Part shown: one piece after another, positions 30,690 to 40,219 of the stretch
Position numbering within the stretch: position 1 is the first letter of the stretch
Layout of the letters: every line of letters starts with the position of its first letter
Assembly (NCBI GenBank): GCA_965221695.1
Contig: OZ244905.1
Location: forward strand, 3,475,061 to 3,539,060
DNA: 64,000 nt
Source of the DNA: Gammaproteobacteria bacterium
GTDB lineage: Bacteria > Pseudomonadota > Gammaproteobacteria > Eutrophobiales > Eutrophobiaceae
Direction of reading: 5' to 3'
The notes under the pieces: generated by a model
Told to the model about the DNA's origin: nothing
The model's database searches: none
The model's input: only the letters and a program-made list of their open reading frames with translations
Position numbers and translations under genes: made by a program

Positions 30690-31511
30690 TTACAGCATTG
30701 GAAATAGTCTTACTTCCTGCGTCTCTACTGGCGCCTGCTCCAATTCTTTTCGCATATCCTTGCTCTCTGGAATGGGTGAAAGATACTGTCCATTAAATGT
30801 CAGTTCTATTCCCTCCGGGTCGTCGAAGGGGTACGGGGTCAGGGCATAAGTTCCGGGTTCTAAGGGAGTAATGGTAACTTCCGCGTCCTGCTCGGCATCC
30901 ATTGGCACATGGGTGAAGCGGGTTTCTTTGCGGAGGGCTTCGTGAGTGCAGTTGAAGTAGAGCGCCAGAGTGTCAAAGAATTGGAGTTGTTTATAATTCT
31001 GGAACAGGTGGCTTTCTTCGGTTAACTCTGCGGTATCGGGGTCCATTTTGAGTTGTTTCTTGAGACGTTCCTGGCGCTCAAGTTCGCCCTCCAGCATGGT
31101 ATCAGCCAGAGCCCGGTTGTCGTCAGCCAGACTGTCCAGGAGTACTTTGTCGGACATGCCGTAACGGCCGTTGTACAGGCCCCAACTGTGCATGCTGGAG
31201 ATGAGTTCGCAATAGGGGTGATGCGCGCCGTTCAAGTCCGGGGAGGCGCTGCTGGTCTTGACTATGAGGGGGAAAGGAGTTTGTACCAGATTGTAGGGCA
31301 GACCGGTTGAAGGGTCGTGTAACGCCTGGGCGTCAAGTTCCTGCCAACCCGCGTCGTGGTGTCTGATGACGCGCAGCATCAGCGCGCGGGGCTCTACCGG
31401 TTCGAACTGTTCATTGCCAAAATGTTCTGCAAAGCGAGCGGCAAACTCGGTGTGTTGATCCATAGTGATTATGAAGTGTTTTGCTCCTTCATGCGCGCTT
31501 TGTACTATCAT
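30690..31511 (-). CDS. DUF3891-like protein
   Basis: HHDAGW, ISSMH and LQFFDTLALYF patterns typical of this HD-like family. Confidence 0.7.
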   Translation of the reverse strand: MIVQSAHEGAKHFIITMDQHTEFAARFAEHFGNEQFEPVEPRALMLRVIRHHDAGWQELDAQALHDPSTGLPYNLVQTPFPLIVKTSSASPDLNGAHHPYCELISSMHSWGLYNGRYGMSDKVLLDSLADDNRALADTMLEGELERQERLKKQLKMDPDTAELTEESHLFQNYKQLQFFDTLALYFNCTHEALRKETRFTHVPMDAEQDAEVTITPLEPGTYALTPYPFDDPEGIELTFNGQYLSPIPESKDMRKELEQAPVETQEVRLFPML

Positions 31512-31668
31512 GCAGGTTCTCCGGTTGGGCGTGTCGGGTTTGCGTGGCGGATGGCGGTGGTTTCGAGAGAGAGGTCGTGTTTCTCACAGGCAGACGAGAC
31601 GGCTACGATCCCAGGTTGGCAGAGAGGAGTGAGGGCTAGCTTGGATTTTCCATCAATTCGGAGTGTTT

Positions 31669-32430
31669 TCACTGGGCAACAAAACCTCCGTCAACTGACA
31701 GCGCTGCGCCGACTACAAAACTTGCCTGGGAGGAGCAAAGCCAGACCACTGCATCTGCAATTTCTTCCGGGTCTCCCATCCTGCCGACCGGTTCGCGTGA
31801 GATGATTGTGTCGATAATGTCAGGCTGACCTGCAAGGATTTTATCCACCAGCGGAGTTTGCACCGGGCCAGGGCAGACGGCGTTGACGCGTACACCTGTT
31901 TGTGCATATTCCAGCGCGGCGGTTTTTGTCAGACCGATGACACCGTGCTTGCTGGCTGAGTAAGCAGGCATGCCGCCGGATCCTACCAGTCCGAAATTTG
32001 AGGCGTTATTGACGATAGCGCCGCCGCCTTGTTTCAGCATCTGCGTTATTTGATATTTCATACATAACCAGACGCCTTTGAGGTTTATCCCGATGATTCG
32101 ATCCCAGTTTTCTTCGCTGCAATCCGCGGTTTGGCTGAGTTCGCCCTGGATGCCTGCATTATTGAATGCGCAATCGAGACTGCCGTAGGCGTTGACAGTA
32201 GCTGTTACCATGTTTTCTACTGCTTCGGGCTGTGATACGTTCGCGACAACGAACAGGGCTGTTCCCGCTTCCGCCTCAATCTGCGCAATGGTTTCGGCGC
32301 CAGCATTCGGATCGATGTCAGCGACGACGACATTGGCGCCGGCACGCGCGAAAGCGAGGGCAGCGGCGCGGCCTATTCCGGAGCCTGCGCCGGTGATAAG
32401 CGCGGTTTTGTCAGCGAATGTGCCGTTCAT
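31669..32430 (-). CDS. Short-chain dehydrogenase/reductase
   Basis: TGAGSGIG, NNAG and YSASK motifs. Confidence 0.95.
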   Translation of the reverse strand: MNGTFADKTALITGAGSGIGRAAALAFARAGANVVVADIDPNAGAETIAQIEAEAGTALFVVANVSQPEAVENMVTATVNAYGSLDCAFNNAGIQGELSQTADCSEENWDRIIGINLKGVWLCMKYQITQMLKQGGGAIVNNASNFGLVGSGGMPAYSASKHGVIGLTKTAALEYAQTGVRVNAVCPGPVQTPLVDKILAGQPDIIDTIISREPVGRMGDPEEIADAVVWLCSSQASFVVGAALSVDGGFVAQ

Positions 32431-32437
32431 GGTACGC

Positions 32438-32755
32438 TTACTGATAGGTGATGAATCTGTCCGCTTCAACCATATTCAGCACGGCCGGATTCTTATACAT
32501 TTCAACCAGGTTGCAGATCTCCACCAGCGACAAGGCCAGATTGCATAAACGCTGAGCCTCCTCGGGCATTTCGTCATAGTGGTATTGGTTGAGGTAGATG
32601 ATAATTTCTTCCAGTCGCTTTGAGATGGCAGTATGGAACTCAGTGATCTCCTCCATTGAGGACTCCACGCGCTTAGCGATGCGTTCGCGTTCGGTTGGCA
32701 GCGACCAGTCCATGTAAGTCTCTAGCTCGTTGAACGGTTGGGGTAGCATGGCCAT
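32438..32755 (-). CDS. Small hypothetical protein coupled to the Rieske oxygenase gene
   Basis: About 105 aa, helical; starts within 3 nt of the Rieske stop; LP..F.ELE...DWSL.TE.ER...R..SSM pattern. Confidence 0.75.
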   Translation of the reverse strand: MAMLPQPFNELETYMDWSLPTERERIAKRVESSMEEITEFHTAISKRLEEIIIYLNQYHYDEMPEEAQRLCNLALSLVEICNLVEMYKNPAVLNMVEADRFITYQ

Positions 32756-32757
32756 GG

Positions 32758-33939
32758 TCAAACCCCCGCCATTTCACGCTCGACAACGTTATGGAAATGC
32801 CGGATTGTAATCTCCTCATCCTGCATGATCATATGGGAACGAGCGCGGGAGGCCAACCCTTTCTGGATTTGTTCGTGCTGGAATGCGTCTTCCATCAATG
32901 TGTCACGCAAACGACCGATAGTCCATTCCTGGGCCAGCCGTTGGCCAACGTTTTCAGCCGGTGGGAAGTAATAGCGCATCTCCCAGATGCTGCGATCTAC
33001 CGCGAGCGGCCAGAAATTATAGGTCATGAAAAAATCGCCGGACACTCCTTCAAACAGAAGGATGGCGGAATTGGGAAACAGCAGGTACCAGTCGAAATTG
33101 CTTATCCGGTTGTTCATGCGCACATTACTGGCTGCGCTATCCAACCGGTTGAGCAGCGCCTCCGTCGGCAGCGGCTTGTGGTTGGGATTGTACTCGCATG
33201 ACCAGACGCTGTGGTAGTTGTACAGGTTCACATTCGAGAAACGGCAGAATCTGTCATTTTTCATTACAAACGCATCGCCAATGGTAAAGCGGTGCTGGAA
33301 GGGGAGGTGATACAGTTCATTCTGTGCGTCCAGCCCAGTCTTCCAGTTGGCGGCTTCTTCAACTTTATAGGTCTTGAGCAGGCGCATGTTCCCGAAACCG
33401 GCGCCATCGAGTTGGGTTCCCAGGCCGCCAAGGAACTCCCGCAATGTCTCAGCGGGTTCAGGCGCGAGATTGATAAAGATAAAACCTTCCCAGATGTCAC
33501 AGTGAATCGATGTGAGGCCATACCGGCTTTTGTCGAGATTGAAAAAGTTGTCCTCATCTGGCACGAACGCCAGGTTTCCTTCCGGTGTGAACGCCCAACC
33601 GTGAAAGTTGCAGCCAAAACGCCCCGGACATTTGCCGCGATCGTTTGTAACGAGAGTATTGCCTCGGTGCGGACAGACATTGTGTAGCGCGCGAATCTTG
33701 TCGTCATTGCCGCGCACGACGAGGACGGATACGCTACAGACGGCCAGTTCACGCACAAAATAATCACCGGCTTCGGGGATTTCTTCCACGCGGCCGGCCA
33801 TGATCCAGTGACGTCTGAAAATCAGCTCGCGCTCACGCTCGAAATACGCCGGGTTGATGCAGGGTTCTGTAGACACCGGTCCGGCGCCTTCATCGGGATA
33901 TTTCTCCGACCATTGTTTGTCTATCATTCGGGTTTGCAT
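32758..33939 (-). CDS. Rieske non-heme iron oxygenase alpha subunit
   Basis: CPHRG...CNFHGW Rieske ligands; NWK...ELYHLPFQH and C-terminal ED mononuclear Fe ligands. Confidence 0.93.
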   Translation of the reverse strand: MQTRMIDKQWSEKYPDEGAGPVSTEPCINPAYFERERELIFRRHWIMAGRVEEIPEAGDYFVRELAVCSVSVLVVRGNDDKIRALHNVCPHRGNTLVTNDRGKCPGRFGCNFHGWAFTPEGNLAFVPDEDNFFNLDKSRYGLTSIHCDIWEGFIFINLAPEPAETLREFLGGLGTQLDGAGFGNMRLLKTYKVEEAANWKTGLDAQNELYHLPFQHRFTIGDAFVMKNDRFCRFSNVNLYNYHSVWSCEYNPNHKPLPTEALLNRLDSAASNVRMNNRISNFDWYLLFPNSAILLFEGVSGDFFMTYNFWPLAVDRSIWEMRYYFPPAENVGQRLAQEWTIGRLRDTLMEDAFQHEQIQKGLASRARSHMIMQDEEITIRHFHNVVEREMAGV

Positions 33940-34005
33940 ACTATCTTCTCCTGGTTGATAAGCTGATACGGCAAAGATTTGCTCAGCCCGGATTTGCCGG
34001 CGCGT

Positions 34006-36387
34006 TCAAGCTGCTTGTGGCTGATTAATGTTGTTGATTAAGTCCATCACTTGTTGTGGTCCTATTGGCGTTATCTTCGGTACCAGGATGCCGTCGTAGT
34101 CTGACAAGGCATCCGCCAGCGCATTCGATAACGCAATGTGTATCGATAGCATTGCGGCTTCGCCGGCGCCTTTAAAACCACCTTCGGTATACGGCGATGG
34201 AGTCACCACATGCGCGCATTCAATGTCAGGCAGATTTCTTGCATTCGGGATCAGAAAATCCATGAACGATGAGTTTTTCAATTGTCCGTTTTCATCGTAA
34301 TCCAACGATTCCAGCAGGCCCATGCCAATGCCTTGCGCCGCGCCGCCTCGCATCTGTCCGTCAACAATTTTCGGGTTGATCATGTTTCCGCAATCTTCGA
34401 CCGCTACAATGCGTTTGATATCGATAATCCCGGTTTGCGGATCCAGCTCAATCTCTACCGCATGGGAACCGTTCGCATAGGCGGCCGGTGGGTCGTAGTG
34501 GCGTGTGGAACTCAGTGTCGGTTCCACCTCGTCTTCATCCGGTCGGGCGCTGCGGTCGAAATAGGTGATAAAGGCAATCTCAGCTACTGATCTACTGATG
34601 TCTCGGGAGCCTTTAACGAAAATTTCGCCGTCTTCGATGCTCAGGTCGGCCTCATTTGCTTCCATCACATGCGCGGCAATTTTCAATAACTTGTTGCGCA
34701 CGTCTGTCGCCGCTCGAATTACTGACCCGCCACCGATCACTGCGCTGCGGCTGGCAAATGTGCCCATACCGTAGGATGATGTGGCGGTATCGCCGTCCAG
34801 CACGATGACATCTTCAAAAGGCACGCCCAGAGTATCCGCAGCGACTTGGGCAAGTGTCGTTTTCAGCCCCTGTCCGTGGCTGAACTGCCCGCTTTTTACT
34901 GTTACCTTTCCGCTTGGGTCCATTTCCACCGTCGCGGTGTCGTGCAAGGTCGCAGGAAAGCCGCTTTCCGCTGCAGAGCGGCTGCCCCAGTTGGTTTGCT
35001 CGACGAAAAACGACACGCCAATACCCTTGAGTTTTCCTGCCGCGGTCAGCCTGGGTTGTGTTTTTCTCTGCTCGTAATCGGATATCTCCAAACACTTATC
35101 CAGCACTTTGTGGTAGTCGCCGCTATCGTAGGTCTGGTTTGTCACCGTGGTATAGGGGAACTGGTCGACGGGGATGAAGTTTTTACGGTAAAGGTCGATG
35201 ATATCCAGATTCAGCAGACGGGCCGCTTTGGTCATCACCATTTCACGCGCGTAGCTCCCTGAAGACCAGCCGACGCCGCGGTAGGCGCCGGTGTTCATTT
35301 TATTCGTCAGGCACACTACCGATTCAAATTTGATATTCGGCAGCGTGAACGCGCCGGGTGCGCTGGTGTTTGCAGGGACCGATTCAATCAAGCCCGACCA
35401 GGGGTATTGTGAGTACGCGCCCGAGTCGCCGATATTTTTGACCTTCATGCCAAGCATGGCGCCATCGCGCTTGAACGCAATGGACATATGAATCACGCAT
35501 TGCTTCGCATGGGACGCGGCAAGCAGGTGTTCGCGGCGGTCTTCCACCCATTTTACCGGCTGTTTTATCTGTTGCGCGATCCAGGGCACAATGAATTCTT
35601 CCGGAAAGAAATGCGCTTTCTGTCCAAAGCCGCCGCCTACCGTCGGCGCAATCACCCGGATGATTTGTTCCGGGATGTCGAGATGCAGCGCAATAGATGT
35701 GCGCAAGAAATAAGGCATCTGTGTCGATGACCATACCGTCAGGGTATCATCCCAGTTCCAGGTGGCCACCACGCCTCGCGTTTCCATCGGCGCGGCGGTG
35801 GTGCGTCCGGTCATGATTTTTTCACTGACAATGAGGTCGGCATCCGTAAAAGCCTGATCCACATCGCCGTGGCTGTAATGGTCCGAGTAGTAGATGTTGC
35901 TGCCGAGATCCTCATGAAGCAACTGTGCGTCCGGTTGCATTGCCTCTTCAACGTTGGCGCAGACCGGCAGAGGTTCGTATTCGACTTCTATCAATTCGGC
36001 AATATCTTCGGCAATATAACGGCTGGGAGCGACCACTGCAGCGATGATCTCGCCTACGAAACGCGCTTTGCCGGTCGCGAAGAACGGTTGGCGCACTGGT
36101 TTGAGTTCGCCCCGTGTGCCTGGGATGAAAGTGTTAAAACCAGCGCTGAGTTGCTCAGCGGTGAATATCTGCAGGCAATGTGGGTGTTGTTGCGCCGATT
36201 CGAGCTTGATGTGTTTGATACGCGCGTGCGCATGAGTACTTCTGAGAAAGGCCACTTCCTGCATTCCCGGTATCCTGATATCGTCGACGTACTTTGCCTG
36301 TCCCATCAGGATCTGCGGGTCTTCGCTGCGTTTTCGGGAAACGCCGATGTGTTTTGTCACGCCGCTCAGAACGATTGGTTCTTTCAT
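34006..36387 (-). CDS. Xanthine-oxidase-family molybdenum hydroxylase, large subunit
   Basis: GGGFGQK, AYRGVG, HGQG, TFASRS and KGAGE motifs. Confidence 0.93.
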   Translation of the reverse strand: MKEPIVLSGVTKHIGVSRKRSEDPQILMGQAKYVDDIRIPGMQEVAFLRSTHAHARIKHIKLESAQQHPHCLQIFTAEQLSAGFNTFIPGTRGELKPVRQPFFATGKARFVGEIIAAVVAPSRYIAEDIAELIEVEYEPLPVCANVEEAMQPDAQLLHEDLGSNIYYSDHYSHGDVDQAFTDADLIVSEKIMTGRTTAAPMETRGVVATWNWDDTLTVWSSTQMPYFLRTSIALHLDIPEQIIRVIAPTVGGGFGQKAHFFPEEFIVPWIAQQIKQPVKWVEDRREHLLAASHAKQCVIHMSIAFKRDGAMLGMKVKNIGDSGAYSQYPWSGLIESVPANTSAPGAFTLPNIKFESVVCLTNKMNTGAYRGVGWSSGSYAREMVMTKAARLLNLDIIDLYRKNFIPVDQFPYTTVTNQTYDSGDYHKVLDKCLEISDYEQRKTQPRLTAAGKLKGIGVSFFVEQTNWGSRSAAESGFPATLHDTATVEMDPSGKVTVKSGQFSHGQGLKTTLAQVAADTLGVPFEDVIVLDGDTATSSYGMGTFASRSAVIGGGSVIRAATDVRNKLLKIAAHVMEANEADLSIEDGEIFVKGSRDISRSVAEIAFITYFDRSARPDEDEVEPTLSSTRHYDPPAAYANGSHAVEIELDPQTGIIDIKRIVAVEDCGNMINPKIVDGQMRGGAAQGIGMGLLESLDYDENGQLKNSSFMDFLIPNARNLPDIECAHVVTPSPYTEGGFKGAGEAAMLSIHIALSNALADALSDYDGILVPKITPIGPQQVMDLINNINQPQAA

Positions 36388-36402
36388 GTTCAGTCTCCTC
36401 GA

Positions 36403-36891
36403 TTAAGACGGGTCGGTAGACAATGTTGTCGTGGCTGCCGCTACGACCGAATCCACGATCTCATGGTAGCCGGTGCAACGACACAAATTGCCCGACAGCG
36501 CTTCCCGAATTTCGGCGCGTGTAGGCGTCGGGTTTTCTTCCAAAAACGCTTTCATGGTCATCAATATCCCCGGCGTGCAGAACCCGCATTGCAAGCCATG
36601 GTTTTCCCAAAAGGCCTGTTGTAAGGCGTTCAGTTTGCCGTTCTCCGCCAAGGATTCCACTGTCTCAATGGCCTTGCCTTCGGCCTGTAGAGCGAACGTC
36701 AGACAGGAGCGCACCGGTAACCCGTCCATCAATATGGTGCATGAGCCACAGATTCCGTGTTCACATGCGACATGCGTGCCGCTGAGGGCAAGCTCATGTC
36801 GAATGAAGTCAGATAACAGGAGGCGTGGTTCTATTTCCCTGCTGTAAGAGACGCTGTTTACATTAAGCGTGATCGGTTTTTTCTGAATCAT
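36403..36891 (-). CDS. Molybdenum hydroxylase 2Fe-2S small subunit
   Basis: CEHGICGSC, QCGFCTPG and NLCRCTGY motifs. Confidence 0.95.
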   Translation of the reverse strand: MIQKKPITLNVNSVSYSREIEPRLLLSDFIRHELALSGTHVACEHGICGSCTILMDGLPVRSCLTFALQAEGKAIETVESLAENGKLNALQQAFWENHGLQCGFCTPGILMTMKAFLEENPTPTRAEIREALSGNLCRCTGYHEIVDSVVAAATTTLSTDPS

Positions 36892-36934
36892 ATTTTAATG
36901 CCCCAAGAGGTTTGCGCTGTGTTGGTGTGCAAGT

Positions 36935-37810
36935 TCAAGCATCGCGCCCAGCTCGGTTGAATGCGTCTTCAAGGGCGCGCGCAGTCAGCGCTTGCGCGGC
37001 ATTGCGGCGGTATTCTTCAGTAACGTGCACATCGCTTTCCGGATCAATTGCCTCGCCTACATTTAGCGCCGCTTCTTGTAATAGTTCATGCGAGTGCGAG
37101 TTGCCTAATAAGATATTTTCTACTTCCTGGGCGCGCACCGGGGTTGCGGCAACGCCAAACAAGACAACTCTGGAATAACTGCACTTGTTATTGGCATCCA
37201 GGTTGATAATAGCGGCGCTACCGGCCAGCGCAAAATCTCCGGAACGGCGAGCGATTTCATGGAATCCCCATCCGCTGGTTGGCGGTGGCGCCTTGAACAG
37301 AATGGATGACAATATCTCATCAGCCTGCAACGATGTGGTCATATAAGTGATGAAAAAGTTTTCTGCCGGAGTTACCGTTTTATTCGCAGCGCTTTCAATG
37401 GTGAACTCTGCATCCAGTAACAACGACATCGCCGGCAATTCGGAAGCCGGGTCAGCATTGGCGATGCTGCCACCCACAGTGCCTTTGTTGCGAACCTGGA
37501 TATGGGCAATATGCTTTAGTGCATGGGCCAGAACCGGTATTCGTCGGTGTAGCGCCGTATCTATTTCCGCAAATCGATGGGTCGTGGTCGCCTTCACTCT
37601 GATGCCGTCCGGCTCATCACTGATACGATTAGGCTCAGTTATGTTGCTGATATCGATCAATACCCGAGGTCTGGCCAACCTGAAATTCATCGCGGCGATG
37701 AGGCTTTGTCCACCGGCCAGAATCTTTGCGTCATCTCCACATCCCTTTAACAGCGCGCACGCGTGTTGTATATTTTCAGCTCTGTGATAATCAAATTCTG
37801 CTGGTTTCAT
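36935..37810 (-). CDS. Molybdenum hydroxylase FAD medium subunit
   Basis: MKPAEFDY, LAGGQSL and RNKGTVGGSIANADPASE motifs. Confidence 0.95.
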   Translation of the reverse strand: MKPAEFDYHRAENIQHACALLKGCGDDAKILAGGQSLIAAMNFRLARPRVLIDISNITEPNRISDEPDGIRVKATTTHRFAEIDTALHRRIPVLAHALKHIAHIQVRNKGTVGGSIANADPASELPAMSLLLDAEFTIESAANKTVTPAENFFITYMTTSLQADEILSSILFKAPPPTSGWGFHEIARRSGDFALAGSAAIINLDANNKCSYSRVVLFGVAATPVRAQEVENILLGNSHSHELLQEAALNVGEAIDPESDVHVTEEYRRNAAQALTARALEDAFNRAGRDA

Positions 37811-37871
37811 ATCACACTTCTCCCGCAGGTTGAATTTGCATTGTCTCGAAATTATGTCCCATCAAATTTAA

Positions 37872-37898
37872 GGAAACTCCGATTAAGTCAGAGCTTCC
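37872..37898. repeat. 27-bp minimal palindromic copy of the miniature element
   Basis: TTAA-GGAAACTCCGATTAAGTCAGAGCTTCC-TGAA. Confidence 0.75.
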
Positions 37899-37957
37899 TG
37901 AACAGGCGCGCGCGTGTTTTTTCGGCTTTGTAACAGGCAAATTCTGCTGGTTTTATA

Positions 37958-38434
37958 TCACGTTCCTGTCATCGTTTGCGGTGATGTCGGCACATAATGG
38001 TTTCCCATTTCATCGACCAGATCCTTGAAAAAAGTCTTGGCCATATGCTTTGATATTCCGGTTATCACTCTCCCGCCAATGCCGGCGATGGTCCCGCCCA
38101 CATCCGCGTTGCAAGACCAGCGCATCAGGGCGCCGCTGGTGTTCGGTTCAAATCGGCAATCCACTTTCATATTCACATAGCCCGGTCTGCCAGAACCCTC
38201 ACAATCCAGAATGTAATGGTACGGGTACTCGACTTCGGTCGAGCGAATCGTTCCTTCGTAGTCGCCTTTTATTGCCGCCACGCCGAGTGATAACGTTACC
38301 CGGTAGCTGCCGTCTTCCCCAGACGCGATGGCTTTGCAGCCGGGTATGACTTTGGCCAGGATTTCCAGATCATGTAACGCGTGCCATACTTGCGTGGCGT
38401 CATACGGGAAGTCCGTCTCACCTTCAAGTTTCAA
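37958..38434 (-). CDS. CoxG/SRPBCC family protein
   Basis: VWHALHDLEILAKVIPGC and VGGTIAGIGGRVI motifs; TTG start with RBS. Confidence 0.88.
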   Translation of the reverse strand: MKLEGETDFPYDATQVWHALHDLEILAKVIPGCKAIASGEDGSYRVTLSLGVAAIKGDYEGTIRSTEVEYPYHYILDCEGSGRPGYVNMKVDCRFEPNTSGALMRWSCNADVGGTIAGIGGRVITGISKHMAKTFFKDLVDEMGNHYVPTSPQTMTGT

Positions 38435-38446
38435 GCTGTTTTTTCC

Positions 38447-40150
38447 TCAAAAGGTAAACTTCAACTCGGTGAACACCGAATCATTTCTTTGGAACTCGCC
38501 AAAGAATGAATCCAGGTTTCCGGAAATTACATTGATGCCCACACGCGCGCTTAAGCTGTGGTTGAAGTTGTAACCAATGAGGCCGCGCACCCAGGAAGCC
38601 CGCTGACGATGTCCGAATTCATGCAGGCCGAAGAGTTCCACGTGCAGCGTTTTACCTGGTAGGAAGTCATTAAACATAAACAAGGTAGCGACATAGCGCG
38701 TGCGGTCGCGCAATCCGTTAAAGCCATCCGATGCGCCGCCGATGATGTAACCGGTGTCGCCACAATAACGTTGCGCGGCACAGGCGATGGAGTCCAGGTG
38801 CGTAAATTGACCGGGTCCCGGATCGCGCAGTATCTCATCGCGCCAAAGTTGCGCGGAGACAAACCAGGGCGTCTTGAAGAAGCTGGTGGGGCCGATATAC
38901 AGGTATTGGTCCAAACCAACCAGGGCAGTCACGCTATCTGCGGTGACTGTTTCCAGATCCGGCTCGTAAAAACGTTGCCCGAAATTATAAACGAGTTCGC
39001 CACGCAACACCGTGCCTTTGAACTGGCCGGGCAGAAATTCCAGGGCCTTGTCAAATGAGGCGCCCAGCAGTTCGTAGCGGTGGCGAGCAAAATCGATACC
39101 GCCGCCAATGGCGCGGGGGCCAGCAATGTCGAAGGCAAATCCGGCATTGATGCGATTGCCAAGGATATAAAATGGAATGTCTTCATTCAGGTAGCCGAAG
39201 TGGAAGGAATAAGTCATATCTGAGAACGGCCCCAAGCCATCGCCGGTGCGCGCCCGCCAGCGAACGAAGACTTCCGATTTATCGATGGCATCGCCTTCGT
39301 CCCAGGCATAGTTGTCGAAGAAATCCGGCTCGCCGAAAAGGTTCGCAGAGACGTTGATTACCTGGTCAGCAAAGTCCACCACAGCCAGGGTGTAGGGATG
39401 TTGCCCCTCTTCTTCCGCGCGAAAACCGGGGAAACGCGCCGGTGTGTAATCCCAGTTCCAGACTACTTGCAGTTCCTTGGAAATACCGCCCGGAAGCCAG
39501 TCCACCCTGGATAAATCGTACTTGATATTCAACATGTCCTGCGGAATCATGAAACGTTCCTGCTCGAATGTCAGCGGATTGCGGAAGTTGCGCGGGGTGA
39601 TGACATCCAGCACAGTCACCCCATCAGAACGTCCCCAGGTCACTATCTGCCGCCCGGCCCGAATATGTAGCGGGTGATAGTTGATATCCAGGTAGGCTTC
39701 GCGCACCAGCGGGTCCCACTTGTCATGCAAGCCATCTTTGAAATTGGTCTCCCAGTTCTTGGCGATTGAGCCGTTTTTGTCTTCGATTTCAAACATGGCG
39801 TCATAGTACGCGCGCAGCTTTAACACCGGCGTGATGTTTCTGATGCCTTTATATACCATCTCCATGCTGAGCTCGGTGCGCAGCGCATTTACCGTATCGT
39901 AATTTGAGCGGTTGCTCGGTGTGCCGAGTTCAGATGGTCCGAGGAAAACGCCTGGGGCGACCGCGAGAGCGAACTCTCTGCCCTGGTCAGGTTTGCCGCC
40001 GATGCGAAAATCCCCCAACACGAACACCTCGCCGCTCACTTCGAGGTCGCCAAATTCATAGCGGGCGAAACTATCTCCCGACCAGCCCGACAGCGTGATG
40101 ACAACAACCGTTAACAACGCGGTGAAATGATGTTGATTAGAATTAATCAT
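38447..40150 (-). CDS. Putative outer-membrane beta-barrel protein, DUF1302-like
   Basis: Signal peptide; LRAYYDA, REAYLD and RAGRQIVTWG motifs; C-terminal ELKFTF. Confidence 0.75.
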   Translation of the reverse strand: MINSNQHHFTALLTVVVITLSGWSGDSFARYEFGDLEVSGEVFVLGDFRIGGKPDQGREFALAVAPGVFLGPSELGTPSNRSNYDTVNALRTELSMEMVYKGIRNITPVLKLRAYYDAMFEIEDKNGSIAKNWETNFKDGLHDKWDPLVREAYLDINYHPLHIRAGRQIVTWGRSDGVTVLDVITPRNFRNPLTFEQERFMIPQDMLNIKYDLSRVDWLPGGISKELQVVWNWDYTPARFPGFRAEEEGQHPYTLAVVDFADQVINVSANLFGEPDFFDNYAWDEGDAIDKSEVFVRWRARTGDGLGPFSDMTYSFHFGYLNEDIPFYILGNRINAGFAFDIAGPRAIGGGIDFARHRYELLGASFDKALEFLPGQFKGTVLRGELVYNFGQRFYEPDLETVTADSVTALVGLDQYLYIGPTSFFKTPWFVSAQLWRDEILRDPGPGQFTHLDSIACAAQRYCGDTGYIIGGASDGFNGLRDRTRYVATLFMFNDFLPGKTLHVELFGLHEFGHRQRASWVRGLIGYNFNHSLSARVGINVISGNLDSFFGEFQRNDSVFTELKFTF

Positions 40151-40219
40151 GGTTGTTTCCTCCGATATAAGACTACAATTACCCATCACATTCAGATTAT
40201 TTTCAGCAATCCGGGTTCA

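Noticed and set aside
34006-38434. Aerobic CO dehydrogenase
   Set aside because: Lacks the AYxCSFR motif and coxDEF accessory genes.
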